A stretch of DNA of 36,531 nt from Actinobacteria bacterium BACL15 MAG-120619-bin91 (GTDB lineage Bacteria; Actinomycetota; Actinomycetes; Nanopelagicales; Nanopelagicaceae): contig LIAM01000001.1 of NCBI GenBank assembly GCA_001438925.1, positions 1 to 36,531 on the forward strand, in the 5' to 3' direction. Below are positions 8,504 to 17,088 of this stretch, one piece after another. The position numbers and the translations under genes are program-made. The notes under the pieces are model-generated. The model made no database searches. It was given only the letters and a program-made list of their open reading frames with translations, and was not told where the DNA came from. Positions within the stretch are counted from its first letter, which is position 1, and every line of letters begins with the position of its first letter.

Positions 8504-10180
8504 ATGAAAAGTACATTCGATGTCGTGGTGATCGGATCAGGTTTTGGTGGTTCGGTCTCCGCGCTTCGATTGCGCGAAAAGGGATATTCAGTAGCTGTAC
8601 TTGAAGCAGGGCGTCGTTTTGAGGATAAGGATTTTCCCAAGACTTCCTGGCGCTTAAACAAATTTCTCTTCGCTCCAAAACTTGGTTTGTACGGAATCCA
8701 ACGAATTCATGTTCTGCCAGATGTTTTGATTTTAAGTGGTGCCGGCGTTGGTGGTGGATCTCTGGTTTACGCAAACACCTTGTATCAGCCTGGTGATGAT
8801 TACTTCAATGATAAACAGTGGGCTGCAATTACCAATTGGAAGAAGGAGCTTGAGCCTTGGTTTGATCAAGCTCGGCGGATGTTGGGTGTAACTGAGAACC
8901 CTTACTTTTCAAATAGTGATCAGGCGATGAAGGATGTCGCCATTGAAATGGGGGTTGGCCATACCTTTCAAATGGCACCACTTGGAGTTTTCTTTGGCGA
9001 AGGAAAGGGAATAGTCGCTAAAGATCCATTCTTTGGTGGTGTTGGCCCAGATCGAAATGGTTGTCAGCAATGTGGCTCATGTATGACTGGCTGTCAATTC
9101 AACGCGAAAAATACTTTGCCAAAAAATTACTTAGGGCTTGCCGAATCTGCAGGTGCGCAAGTTTTTCCAATGACAACAGCAACCAAAGTTCAGCAGCTTG
9201 AGGATGGGCGTTGGAAGATCACAACAACCAAGACAAATGATCCATTTGGTTCACGAGGAAAAACATTCTTTGCCAATGATGTAATCGTTGCTGCCGGAAC
9301 TTATAACACTCAAAAACTGCTACATAAGATGAAGGGCTCTGGAGTTTTGCCTCTAATGTCAGATCGATTAGGTGATCTTTCACGAACAAATAGCGAAGCG
9401 CTCACCGGAGCGATGATGAAAAATTCAGATATTGATTTCAGTCAAGGAAGTGCAATCACATCCTCATTCTTTCCAGATGAGCACACCCATATTGAACCTG
9501 TTCGATATGGCAAGGGCAGCAACCTCATGGGATTGCTCCAAACGATTATGACCGATGGTTACTCATCAAAGGTACGCCGGAAGCAATGGTGGAAAGCATT
9601 CATCGCAAATCCCTATCTCTTAAAGAAAATTCTCGATGTTCGTAAATGGAGTGAGCGCACAGTAATCGCATTGACCATGCAAAATGTTGATTCATTTATC
9701 TCAGTTAAGCCAAAACGCAGCTGGTTTGGTTGGCATTTAACTTCTACCAATGACTCAGAGCATCCCAACGCGACTTACATCCCAGCTGCAAATGAAGTGG
9801 TTCGTCGCATCGCAGAAAAACATGGCGGCATCGCAGGTGGGCACGTTGGCGATTTAATCGATGCCCCCTTCACCGCACACTTTGTCGGCGGCTGCGTAAT
9901 TGGCGCGGATGTATCGCGCGGAGTTGTAGATCCTTACCATCGAGTCTGGAACTATCCATCGCTTCATATAGTTGATGGCTCAACAATTACCGCAAACCTT
10001 GGAGTTAATCCATCTCTTACAATTACCGCACAAGCAGAGCGTGCACTTTCATTGTGGCCAAATAAGGGTGAGAGTGATCCCCGTCCGACACAAGGCCAGA
10101 GTTACCAAATGCTCACACCTGTCGCACCACACTCACCATTTGTACCCAAGGGTGCAGTTGGTGAATTAATAATCAGTTAG
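8504..10180 (+). CDS. GMC oxidoreductase, cholesterol oxidase ChoD-like
   Basis: IGSGFGGSV.ALRL.EKGY, GVGGGSLVYAN, C..CG.CM.GC…AKN, TAHF.GGC, NLGVNPSLTITAQAER. Confidence 0.9.
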   Translation: MKSTFDVVVIGSGFGGSVSALRLREKGYSVAVLEAGRRFEDKDFPKTSWRLNKFLFAPKLGLYGIQRIHVLPDVLILSGAGVGGGSLVYANTLYQPGDDYFNDKQWAAITNWKKELEPWFDQARRMLGVTENPYFSNSDQAMKDVAIEMGVGHTFQMAPLGVFFGEGKGIVAKDPFFGGVGPDRNGCQQCGSCMTGCQFNAKNTLPKNYLGLAESAGAQVFPMTTATKVQQLEDGRWKITTTKTNDPFGSRGKTFFANDVIVAAGTYNTQKLLHKMKGSGVLPLMSDRLGDLSRTNSEALTGAMMKNSDIDFSQGSAITSSFFPDEHTHIEPVRYGKGSNLMGLLQTIMTDGYSSKVRRKQWWKAFIANPYLLKKILDVRKWSERTVIALTMQNVDSFISVKPKRSWFGWHLTSTNDSEHPNATYIPAANEVVRRIAEKHGGIAGGHVGDLIDAPFTAHFVGGCVIGADVSRGVVDPYHRVWNYPSLHIVDGSTITANLGVNPSLTITAQAERALSLWPNKGESDPRPTQGQSYQMLTPVAPHSPFVPKGAVGELIIS

Positions 10181-10188
10181 GAGAAGAC

Positions 10189-10956
10189 ATGGTTTCATGG
10201 GCGCTAGTTACTGGTGCAACCTCAGGGATTGGTGAGAGCTTCACTCGTCTTTTAGCATCACACAAGTACAACATTGTGTTGGTAGCGCGTGACCTGCCTC
10301 GTCTGCAGGAACGCGCACAGGGCCTGGAAGAAAAGTTTGGGGTTAAGACCTATGTGATTCAGGCAGATCTTGCAACTGATGAGGGTTGCTCGAAGGTTGA
10401 AAATTACATTCTTGAAAATCAAATCGATGTGCTGATTAATAACGCAGGGTTTGGAACAAGTAAAGCCTTCACAATGTCGACTTTAGAGATTGAACAGCAA
10501 CTATTAGATGTACTAGTTCGAACACCAATGCGACTCATGCATGTTGCGCTTCCATTGATGAAGCAGCGGAATAAGGGGGTGATCATCAACGTTTCATCTG
10601 TTGCTGGATACATCGCTGGTGGTACCTATAGCGCTTCAAAGTCATACCTGACAGTTTTATCTGAGTCATTGCACACTGAGCTTGCGCCAACCGGTGTAAA
10701 GATCAGCGCTCTGTGCCCAGGATTTACACGTACTGAGTTTCATCAGCGTGGAAAGATGTCCATGAAGGGGCTTCCGAATTTTCTGTGGCTAAATTCTGAT
10801 CGATTGGTAGAACAGTCATGGAGCGATGCCCTCAAGGGTAAAGCGGTGAGTGTTCCAGGATGGCAATACAAGCTGCTCATCTTCATCGTGCAGACGGTGC
10901 CACGTTCAATTGTGCGAAAGGTTGGTATGAATGTGAGGTCTAAGCAGAGGAGGTAA
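10189..10956 (+). CDS. Short-chain dehydrogenase/reductase
   Basis: TGATSGIG, NNAG, catalytic YSASK; AGGAG RBS. Confidence 0.93.
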   Translation: MVSWALVTGATSGIGESFTRLLASHKYNIVLVARDLPRLQERAQGLEEKFGVKTYVIQADLATDEGCSKVENYILENQIDVLINNAGFGTSKAFTMSTLEIEQQLLDVLVRTPMRLMHVALPLMKQRNKGVIINVSSVAGYIAGGTYSASKSYLTVLSESLHTELAPTGVKISALCPGFTRTEFHQRGKMSMKGLPNFLWLNSDRLVEQSWSDALKGKAVSVPGWQYKLLIFIVQTVPRSIVRKVGMNVRSKQRR

Positions 10957-10963
10957 TCGTTAT

Positions 10964-10988
10964 ATCTGCCAGACTCTCGGCGGGTTTT
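10964..10988 (+). terminator. Weak intrinsic terminator candidate after the SDR gene
   Basis: ATCTGCC/GGCGGGT stem with G-U pairs followed by a short T run. Confidence 0.4.
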
Positions 10989-11046
10989 CAGCCTTCTTTA
11001 AGTACCCCATCGATAGTATTACCTCATTACTACGGAAGGCAGAGAA

Positions 11047-11658
11047 ATGTTTCGTAAGATCGCATCACTTTCAGTAGCACTTGTAGTCGCCGGTGGCGTA
11101 ATGATCGCAGTACCTGCAGATGCAGCTACCAAAATTTCCAATGGAGTCAAGTGCAAGAAGTCAGGTCAAACAACTAAGACAAGCGGCGGAACTTACCGTT
11201 GCGCTAAGAATCCATTAGTTAAGAGCAAGAAATTAACCTGGCTATCTATGGATTGTTTGGCAGCTGCAAATGATGCGGTCGCAGCAAAGAATGCATCGGT
11301 AAAGACAAACGCTGATTTCGTGGCACAACTTCCCGTAATTGAACTTGGAATCACAACTGAGACAGCGAACAAGGCCGAGATTCAAGCAAAACTTGATGAG
11401 GCCGATAAGCGTTTAGTTGCAGCACAAGCAAAGTTAGCCGCTGCAACGACAGAGGCTGATAAAAAGATTTTGACAACCGCTGTTGGGTCATGGACCTCTG
11501 CCACACGTGCCTATACCAGCAAGATTCGCAACATTGATGTCACAATTAAAAAGTTGGAGGCGGCAAAGCTTGCTGCAACTAATAAACCTGCAGAGCTTGC
11601 AGCAAATGTTGCTGACTCACGGGCCAGCGCAAAGCTGATCTGCACCAAGGGCTTCTAA
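11047..11658 (+). CDS. Secreted hypothetical protein (Cys/Lys-rich N-domain plus Ala-rich helical region)
   Basis: Signal peptide ending VPADA|A; TAGTAT -10 candidate and GGAAGG RBS upstream; strong terminator downstream. Confidence 0.85.
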   Translation: MFRKIASLSVALVVAGGVMIAVPADAATKISNGVKCKKSGQTTKTSGGTYRCAKNPLVKSKKLTWLSMDCLAAANDAVAAKNASVKTNADFVAQLPVIELGITTETANKAEIQAKLDEADKRLVAAQAKLAAATTEADKKILTTAVGSWTSATRAYTSKIRNIDVTIKKLEAAKLAATNKPAELAANVADSRASAKLICTKGF

Positions 11659-11673
11659 CCCTTTCAATCCTGT

Positions 11674-11708
11674 AAAAAACCCGCTGCCAGACAGGTAGCG
11701 GGTTTTTT
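11674..11708 (+). terminator. Intrinsic terminator with flanking A and T tracts
   Basis: AAAAAACCCGCTGCC-AGACA-GGTAGCGGGTTTTTT. Confidence 0.85.
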
Positions 11709-11762
11709 GCATCTATGGGAACCCCTATCCCAAAGAGGTGGATCTGTTCTTACTCTGTAGTC

Positions 11763-13118
11763 ATGCCTGTCATGCGTTTTGTCGCGCCTGTCTTATTGGT
11801 GGTACAGATACCTCTGCACTTCTGGCTCTCAGGGGTATGGAGCGATCTCATCGCCTTTAATAGTGTCGCGATTGCTTCAGTTATGTCGGTGTTAACCGCT
11901 CCAAGAATAAATAACAGATGGGCTCAACCACTGACCGCTTGCGCAATCGGTGTTTGGAGTCTCGGCTCGATAATTGTGACCAGTAGCTCCTACCTTAACT
12001 TTCCAAACTCCTTTCTAGCTATTTCAGATTCGATGTACCTACTTTTTTACCCGCTTGCCATACTAGGACTACACCTATTGATATCTGCTCAACAAAGGTT
12101 AACTGTGCTTGAGGTTGTTGATGCCTCAATCGTTGGCTTGGGGTTAAGCACCTTAGGAGCAGCCTTTGCTCTACAACCTGTACTTCCATACTTTGATGGA
12201 GATCTCAATCAATCCTTTCTTGCAACCATTTACCCCGTTGCCGATTTAGTCTTACTCTGCTTCATCATTGCAACCTTTGTAATGCAGGGTTTTTCACAAC
12301 GCGGCTTACTGCTATCTCTTGGAGTTGTTATCTATGCGATAACAGATTTAATCTTCTTGTGGCACAACCTCAATATGAGTTACACCTTTGGATCATTGAT
12401 TGATTACGGCTGGTTACTATCCTTTGTTGTAATTGCAGAAAGTACCTGGCGCTCTGGTACAGATAACAGAAGTAAAAATGGGATAAGCCCTGTATTAATC
12501 ACTATCTCTGTTTTTTTGAGCGCTACCTTGTTGGCACTTCTTGCTATTGCACCTGATAACTTTCCTCACTTCATTTTGCTTCCGGCAATCGGAACCCTTG
12601 CACTTGCCTTTATCAGAATGAGTATCGCTCTTAATCAGGCAAGAAACATTGGTCATGAGAGAATTTTGGCCAGAACAGATGAGTTAACTATGTTGCCCAA
12701 TCGCAGACGTTTGATCTCTGAAATCCAAAGCTATGCCACCCGTAATGGATCCCTATTACTGATGGATTTAGATGGCTTTAAGCCGGTCAATGACAGCTTC
12801 GGTCACGAGGTTGGCGACAAGGTTTTACAATTAGTTGCACAACGATTTAGCCGTGCCTTACCTAGTGGTGCCCTACTTGCTCGCTTGGGTGGTGATGAGT
12901 TTGGAGTCTTGGTAGATGGTTCACACGAACTCGTTTTGGAGATCGCTTTAGCGTTACGGGCCACACTCTCTTATCCATTTATTATCGATGGTCATGAAAT
13001 AAGTATTGGAGTCAGTATTGGAATTGCCAACAATGATGGTGCAGATGATCTCTTGCTACGTGCAGATAATGCGATGTATGCGGCTAAGCGCCAGGCATTG
13101 GGGGTTTGTCAGCTTTAA
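11763..13118 (+). CDS. Multi-pass membrane GGDEF-domain diguanylate cyclase
   Basis: About 300 aa hydrophobic N-region, then TDELT.LPNRR, DLDGFKPVNDSFGH.VGD, ARLGGDEF, AD.AMY.AK. Start moved to ATG 11763 (TACTCT 6 nt upstream). Confidence 0.92.
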   Translation: MPVMRFVAPVLLVVQIPLHFWLSGVWSDLIAFNSVAIASVMSVLTAPRINNRWAQPLTACAIGVWSLGSIIVTSSSYLNFPNSFLAISDSMYLLFYPLAILGLHLLISAQQRLTVLEVVDASIVGLGLSTLGAAFALQPVLPYFDGDLNQSFLATIYPVADLVLLCFIIATFVMQGFSQRGLLLSLGVVIYAITDLIFLWHNLNMSYTFGSLIDYGWLLSFVVIAESTWRSGTDNRSKNGISPVLITISVFLSATLLALLAIAPDNFPHFILLPAIGTLALAFIRMSIALNQARNIGHERILARTDELTMLPNRRRLISEIQSYATRNGSLLLMDLDGFKPVNDSFGHEVGDKVLQLVAQRFSRALPSGALLARLGGDEFGVLVDGSHELVLEIALALRATLSYPFIIDGHEISIGVSIGIANNDGADDLLLRADNAMYAAKRQALGVCQL

Positions 13119-14454
13119 TCTCTTGTAATCGTGTAAGGGCTTCAAGCCGTTCAACTGCATGATCAACAACCCGCTCTGGATATCCCTTGCTATATCCATC
13201 TAGGAATAACCAAGGCTCGTGGATTTCTGAGGCTGACAGATGGGCAAGCTCTGGAACATATCTGCGAATGTAATCCCCATTTTCATCAAACCGGCGACCT
13301 TGTTCAATTGGATTAAATACCCGGTAATAAGGTGATGCATCGGTACCTGTTCCCGCCGTCCACTGCCAGCCATGAGCATTAGATGCAACATCGTAATCAA
13401 CTAAGTGCTCTGCAAAGAAACGCTCACCCAGCTGCCACTCTAAATGCAGATCCTTCACCAAGAATGAGGCAACAACCATACGGGTTCTGTTGTGCATCCA
13501 TCCTTCAAGCAATAGTTGGCGAATTGCAGCATCTACAAATGGATACCCAGTCTTGCCTTCACACCAGGCCTTAAACTGCTTTCCGGGTTTGTCATAACGC
13601 ATCTGAGCAAACTTAGGTACATAATATTCAACATCGGTCATGGGATTGTTAAACAAGACATCGGCGTAAAACTCTCGCCATGCAATCTCTTTTCTAAAGG
13701 TGTCATGTGCTTTGCTCTCACCTAAATCTACAAGCAGGGTGCGAGGATGAATCTCGCCAAACTTGAGATAGGAACTCATCTTTGAGGTTCCATCGATCGC
13801 TGCAAGGTTTCGATTTTCATCGTATGAGTCCAAGCCATTTTTACTGAACTCTTTAAACCGCTTTAGCGCGGCTGCTTCGCCAGCTTCAATAACCTTGACC
13901 CCTTCAGGCATTGGAAAATCTGGAAAAGCACGGTACTCAGAGATTGGTTCTACACATGTGAATTTCTTCGGCGTAATAGCTGGCGCTCTCCAACCATGTG
14001 TTCTCCATCCTTTGTAAAAAGGTGTGTACACCTTGTAAGGGGTTGCATCAGATGGTTTCAAAACCCGACCTGGAGCAACTGCATATGGGCTGCCCGTTCT
14101 GATCAATGTGATTCCTGCAGCTTCAACCCGTGCATCACGTGCAGCACCATATCTTTCATACTCTGCCGAGATGTGAACCTGTTCCACCCCATACCTTTTA
14201 ATCAAAGCAGAAAGTACTTCGACTTGATCACCTTCGATAATATGTAGTTTGTTACCCAGAGATTCATCTAACTGACGAAGTGATTGGCCCATATATGCCA
14301 ACAACTTTGCACCAGCCTCTTTTATCTGTTGCTTATCCAGAATAAAGAGAGGAATTATCTGATCAGATGATTCAATTGCAGCTAACAAAGCTGGATGATC
14401 ATTAATTCGAAGGTCGCGACGAAACCAGATAATTGATGTTTTCGGCGTCGACAT
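13084..14454 (-). CDS. phrB: Deoxyribodipyrimidine (CPD) photolyase
   Basis: WFRRDLR..DHPAL, GTS.MS.YL.FG, WREF, G.TGYP.VDA, WMHNR.RM.VASFL.KDL, GWQW.AG.G.D, RVFNP. Confidence 0.93.
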   Translation of the reverse strand: MSTPKTSIIWFRRDLRINDHPALLAAIESSDQIIPLFILDKQQIKEAGAKLLAYMGQSLRQLDESLGNKLHIIEGDQVEVLSALIKRYGVEQVHISAEYERYGAARDARVEAAGITLIRTGSPYAVAPGRVLKPSDATPYKVYTPFYKGWRTHGWRAPAITPKKFTCVEPISEYRAFPDFPMPEGVKVIEAGEAAALKRFKEFSKNGLDSYDENRNLAAIDGTSKMSSYLKFGEIHPRTLLVDLGESKAHDTFRKEIAWREFYADVLFNNPMTDVEYYVPKFAQMRYDKPGKQFKAWCEGKTGYPFVDAAIRQLLLEGWMHNRTRMVVASFLVKDLHLEWQLGERFFAEHLVDYDVASNAHGWQWTAGTGTDASPYYRVFNPIEQGRRFDENGDYIRRYVPELAHLSASEIHEPWLFLDGYSKGYPERVVDHAVERLEALTRLQEIKADKPPMPGA

Positions 14455-14471
14455 GGGATGATTAAATCACC

Positions 14472-15272
14472 ATGCACGAGATTAAGCGCTACCAAATCCG
14501 AGGAGTTCCGGGCGAGGTTGTGCGTACCCGCTTTGGGGATCGAACCGTTGATTACTGGACACCTCGAGGCGGAAGTGAGCACCTGCTCATCGCACATGAT
14601 GGGCAAAATATCTTTGATGGCACCACTAGCACCCATCGAGGTCAGACATGGAAGCTTGCACAGTCTGCAATCCAAGTCGCCCACGAGGCGGGAGTAAAGC
14701 CTCCAACAATTATTGCCGTTTGGCACAGCTCAACTAAAGAAAATCCGTGGGGACGAGCAAAGGATCTAGCGCCAGAGAAATTCTTTTCAGCTGATGCTTA
14801 TGTAGATCCGCGCTGGGCGATTAAGGATTCAACAGTTGCTTTACATTCAGATTCCTATCTGCATCAAATCTTTGAAGAGATAGTGCCCACTATTTATGGT
14901 GAGCACTCCCCTGAAAAAACAGCTGTTATTGGCTCAAGTATGGGCGGATTAGCAACCTTGTACGCAACGATTCAACATCCAGATAAGTTCACAACAGCAC
15001 TCGCTTTGTCTCCACATTGGGTAATAAGTGATGAGAACTTTGCGCGATCAATGGTTGAAGCCTTACCACTGAGTCACAAAGTTTGGATGAGTCGTGGCGA
15101 TAAAGGGTTGGATAAAGAGTATGTATCACTACAAAACTATGTAGACAGATTAATGCGGAGCCGTGGATTTACTCATAATTATGAAAGTAAGGTCTATAGG
15201 CGAAGCGGTCACAATGAAAGATCGTGGGCAAAGTACTTACAGGATCCATTACGATTTTGGCTTAAAGGGTAA
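14472..15272 (+). CDS. Alpha/beta-hydrolase, putative esterase family
   Basis: HDGQN.FD, nucleophile elbow GSSMGG, catalytic His in GHNERSW. Confidence 0.85.
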   Translation: MHEIKRYQIRGVPGEVVRTRFGDRTVDYWTPRGGSEHLLIAHDGQNIFDGTTSTHRGQTWKLAQSAIQVAHEAGVKPPTIIAVWHSSTKENPWGRAKDLAPEKFFSADAYVDPRWAIKDSTVALHSDSYLHQIFEEIVPTIYGEHSPEKTAVIGSSMGGLATLYATIQHPDKFTTALALSPHWVISDENFARSMVEALPLSHKVWMSRGDKGLDKEYVSLQNYVDRLMRSRGFTHNYESKVYRRSGHNERSWAKYLQDPLRFWLKG

Positions 15273-17088
15273 CTACCCAAACCCCCTGGGTTGCCTCCTT
15301 TGATTTAATCGAGAATTTGCTGCCAGTTACAGTTTGACCAAAAAGAACTTGTGTAACCTGCAGACCAAACTCTGATAAATCAATCTTTACATTTACACCC
15401 TTACGTGAGACAAAAATCAAAACCGATTGCTTTTCGGATTCACGTAGATAGAGAATGAAATCCTTTTCTGCGGCCAACCAACGCAAACCACCATTGATTA
15501 ACCCATCATTACCTTTGCGAATAGAGATGAGTTGTCGGACATCACCCATAAAGGTGTGATCCCACTGCGAGCGATCCTCCCAATTGATTGTGCGGCGGCC
15601 ATCCTCTCCCCATGAACCTTCTAGACCTATTTCATCGCCGGCAAAGATTGAAGGGACTCCGGGGTAGGTAAGGACCATTGTCATTGCAGATAGATGGGAG
15701 GCGACATCGCCCTTAACAACTGTGCGAAAGCGAGCGGTGTCATGACTATCGAGCAGCACCATACTTGCGGTAACACTTCTCCAGGGAACAGATGCATTGA
15801 ACTGTTTCATGCTGTTAATCAACTGCTGACCTGAAATCTGTGGCATTGCAAAGGGCAGGCCTTGAAAGCCACCACCAATTTCGGAGTTTCGATTGAGCCA
15901 GTTCCATACAGGGCGCATAAAACCTTGATAATTCATCGCTCCGTGCCAACCAAGACCGTTGAGATCACTTGCTACAAAATCACCATTTTCTGCAACTAAC
16001 CATGCATCTGGATTGGTCTCATCCATCGCCTGACGAATCCCATGCATAACATCATCATGTAAATCATCTGCGCCAAGTCGCCCTGTCATATTTCCAACAT
16101 CGATGCGCCAACCAGACATTCCAAATGGTGGTGAGATCCACTTGCGAACAATTGAGTTCTTACCTTTATACATCTCATTTTTAAGCGCTGCAGAGTTAAA
16201 GTTGAGCTTTGGTAGTGATGCCAACCCCCACCACCCTACATATCCATGTTTAACACTCTTGTCCCAGTAAAAGTAAGTTCTCTCCTTTGCGCTCTTACTC
16301 TTCTTCGCCTCTGCTAACCATGGATGACCCGCACCACAATGATTTGAGGTTAAATCCCCCATAATTCGAATTCCATACCTGTTTGCCTTTTTAACCAAGG
16401 AAAAGAGCGCCGTGTTACCACCAAGGATTGGATCTACCTCGGTAAAGCTGCTGGCGTCATATCGATGATTAGATCGGGATGGAAAAAATGGAGTGAAGTA
16501 GATTCCGGTTACACCTAAATCACGAATATGGTCGAGATGTTCTTCGACTCCGATAATGTCACCACCGTAAAGTTCACTGCTCGTAAACTCGCTGCGACCT
16601 CGAGGTAGCTCATTCCAATCACGTGGATGAGCCCAATCTGGAACCGCATAAGTATGTGCTGACTTGGCAAAACGATCTGGAAAGATTTGATAAAAGATGG
16701 AGGACTTAATCCATTCGGGATTTGCTGGTACCGCAACTATTTGGAAATCATTATTGGTATGAACATCATGATCGCTCAGGCCAAAGGCGTTGAGCCAGTC
16801 ATATCGATCCCTAGAAACAAAGACAAAGCGGTACAAGGTATGGGTATTAACAATTGGTATCTCTACCTGATACCAATCCTCTGTATGGCCCTTAGAGGCT
16901 AAAGCCAGCTCATAGCTGCGTGGTTCGCCATCTTCGTAGATACGAATAAAGCTTTTTTCAAAGGTGTAAGAGTGCGGAACACGGACCTTTAACACAACCC
17001 TTTGCCCAATAGTGGGTGCGCTATTGCTTACATATAGTTCGCTGCCATCATGGTGCGGGGATAACAACACTGGTGCTTGGTAGCTCAT
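15262..17088 (-). CDS. Cytoplasmic GH13 glycosidase (maltodextrin glucosidase/neopullulanase-like)
   Basis: FYQIFPDRFA, SNHRYD, DLTSNH, GWRIDV (nucleophile), AEN, LDSHD. No signal peptide. Confidence 0.92.
   Translation of the reverse strand: MSYQAPVLLSPHHDGSELYVSNSAPTIGQRVVLKVRVPHSYTFEKSFIRIYEDGEPRSYELALASKGHTEDWYQVEIPIVNTHTLYRFVFVSRDRYDWLNAFGLSDHDVHTNNDFQIVAVPANPEWIKSSIFYQIFPDRFAKSAHTYAVPDWAHPRDWNELPRGRSEFTSSELYGGDIIGVEEHLDHIRDLGVTGIYFTPFFPSRSNHRYDASSFTEVDPILGGNTALFSLVKKANRYGIRIMGDLTSNHCGAGHPWLAEAKKSKSAKERTYFYWDKSVKHGYVGWWGLASLPKLNFNSAALKNEMYKGKNSIVRKWISPPFGMSGWRIDVGNMTGRLGADDLHDDVMHGIRQAMDETNPDAWLVAENGDFVASDLNGLGWHGAMNYQGFMRPVWNWLNRNSEIGGGFQGLPFAMPQISGQQLINSMKQFNASVPWRSVTASMVLLDSHDTARFRTVVKGDVASHLSAMTMVLTYPGVPSIFAGDEIGLEGSWGEDGRRTINWEDRSQWDHTFMGDVRQLISIRKGNDGLINGGLRWLAAEKDFILYLRESEKQSVLIFVSRKGVNVKIDLSEFGLQVTQVLFGQTVTGSKFSIKSKEATQGVWVVTL

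Noticed and set aside
11763-14454. GGDEF plus photolyase as a light-controlled c-di-GMP system
   Set aside because: The genes are convergent, the photolyase looks like an ordinary repair enzyme, and the cyclase has no LOV, BLUF or phytochrome domain.
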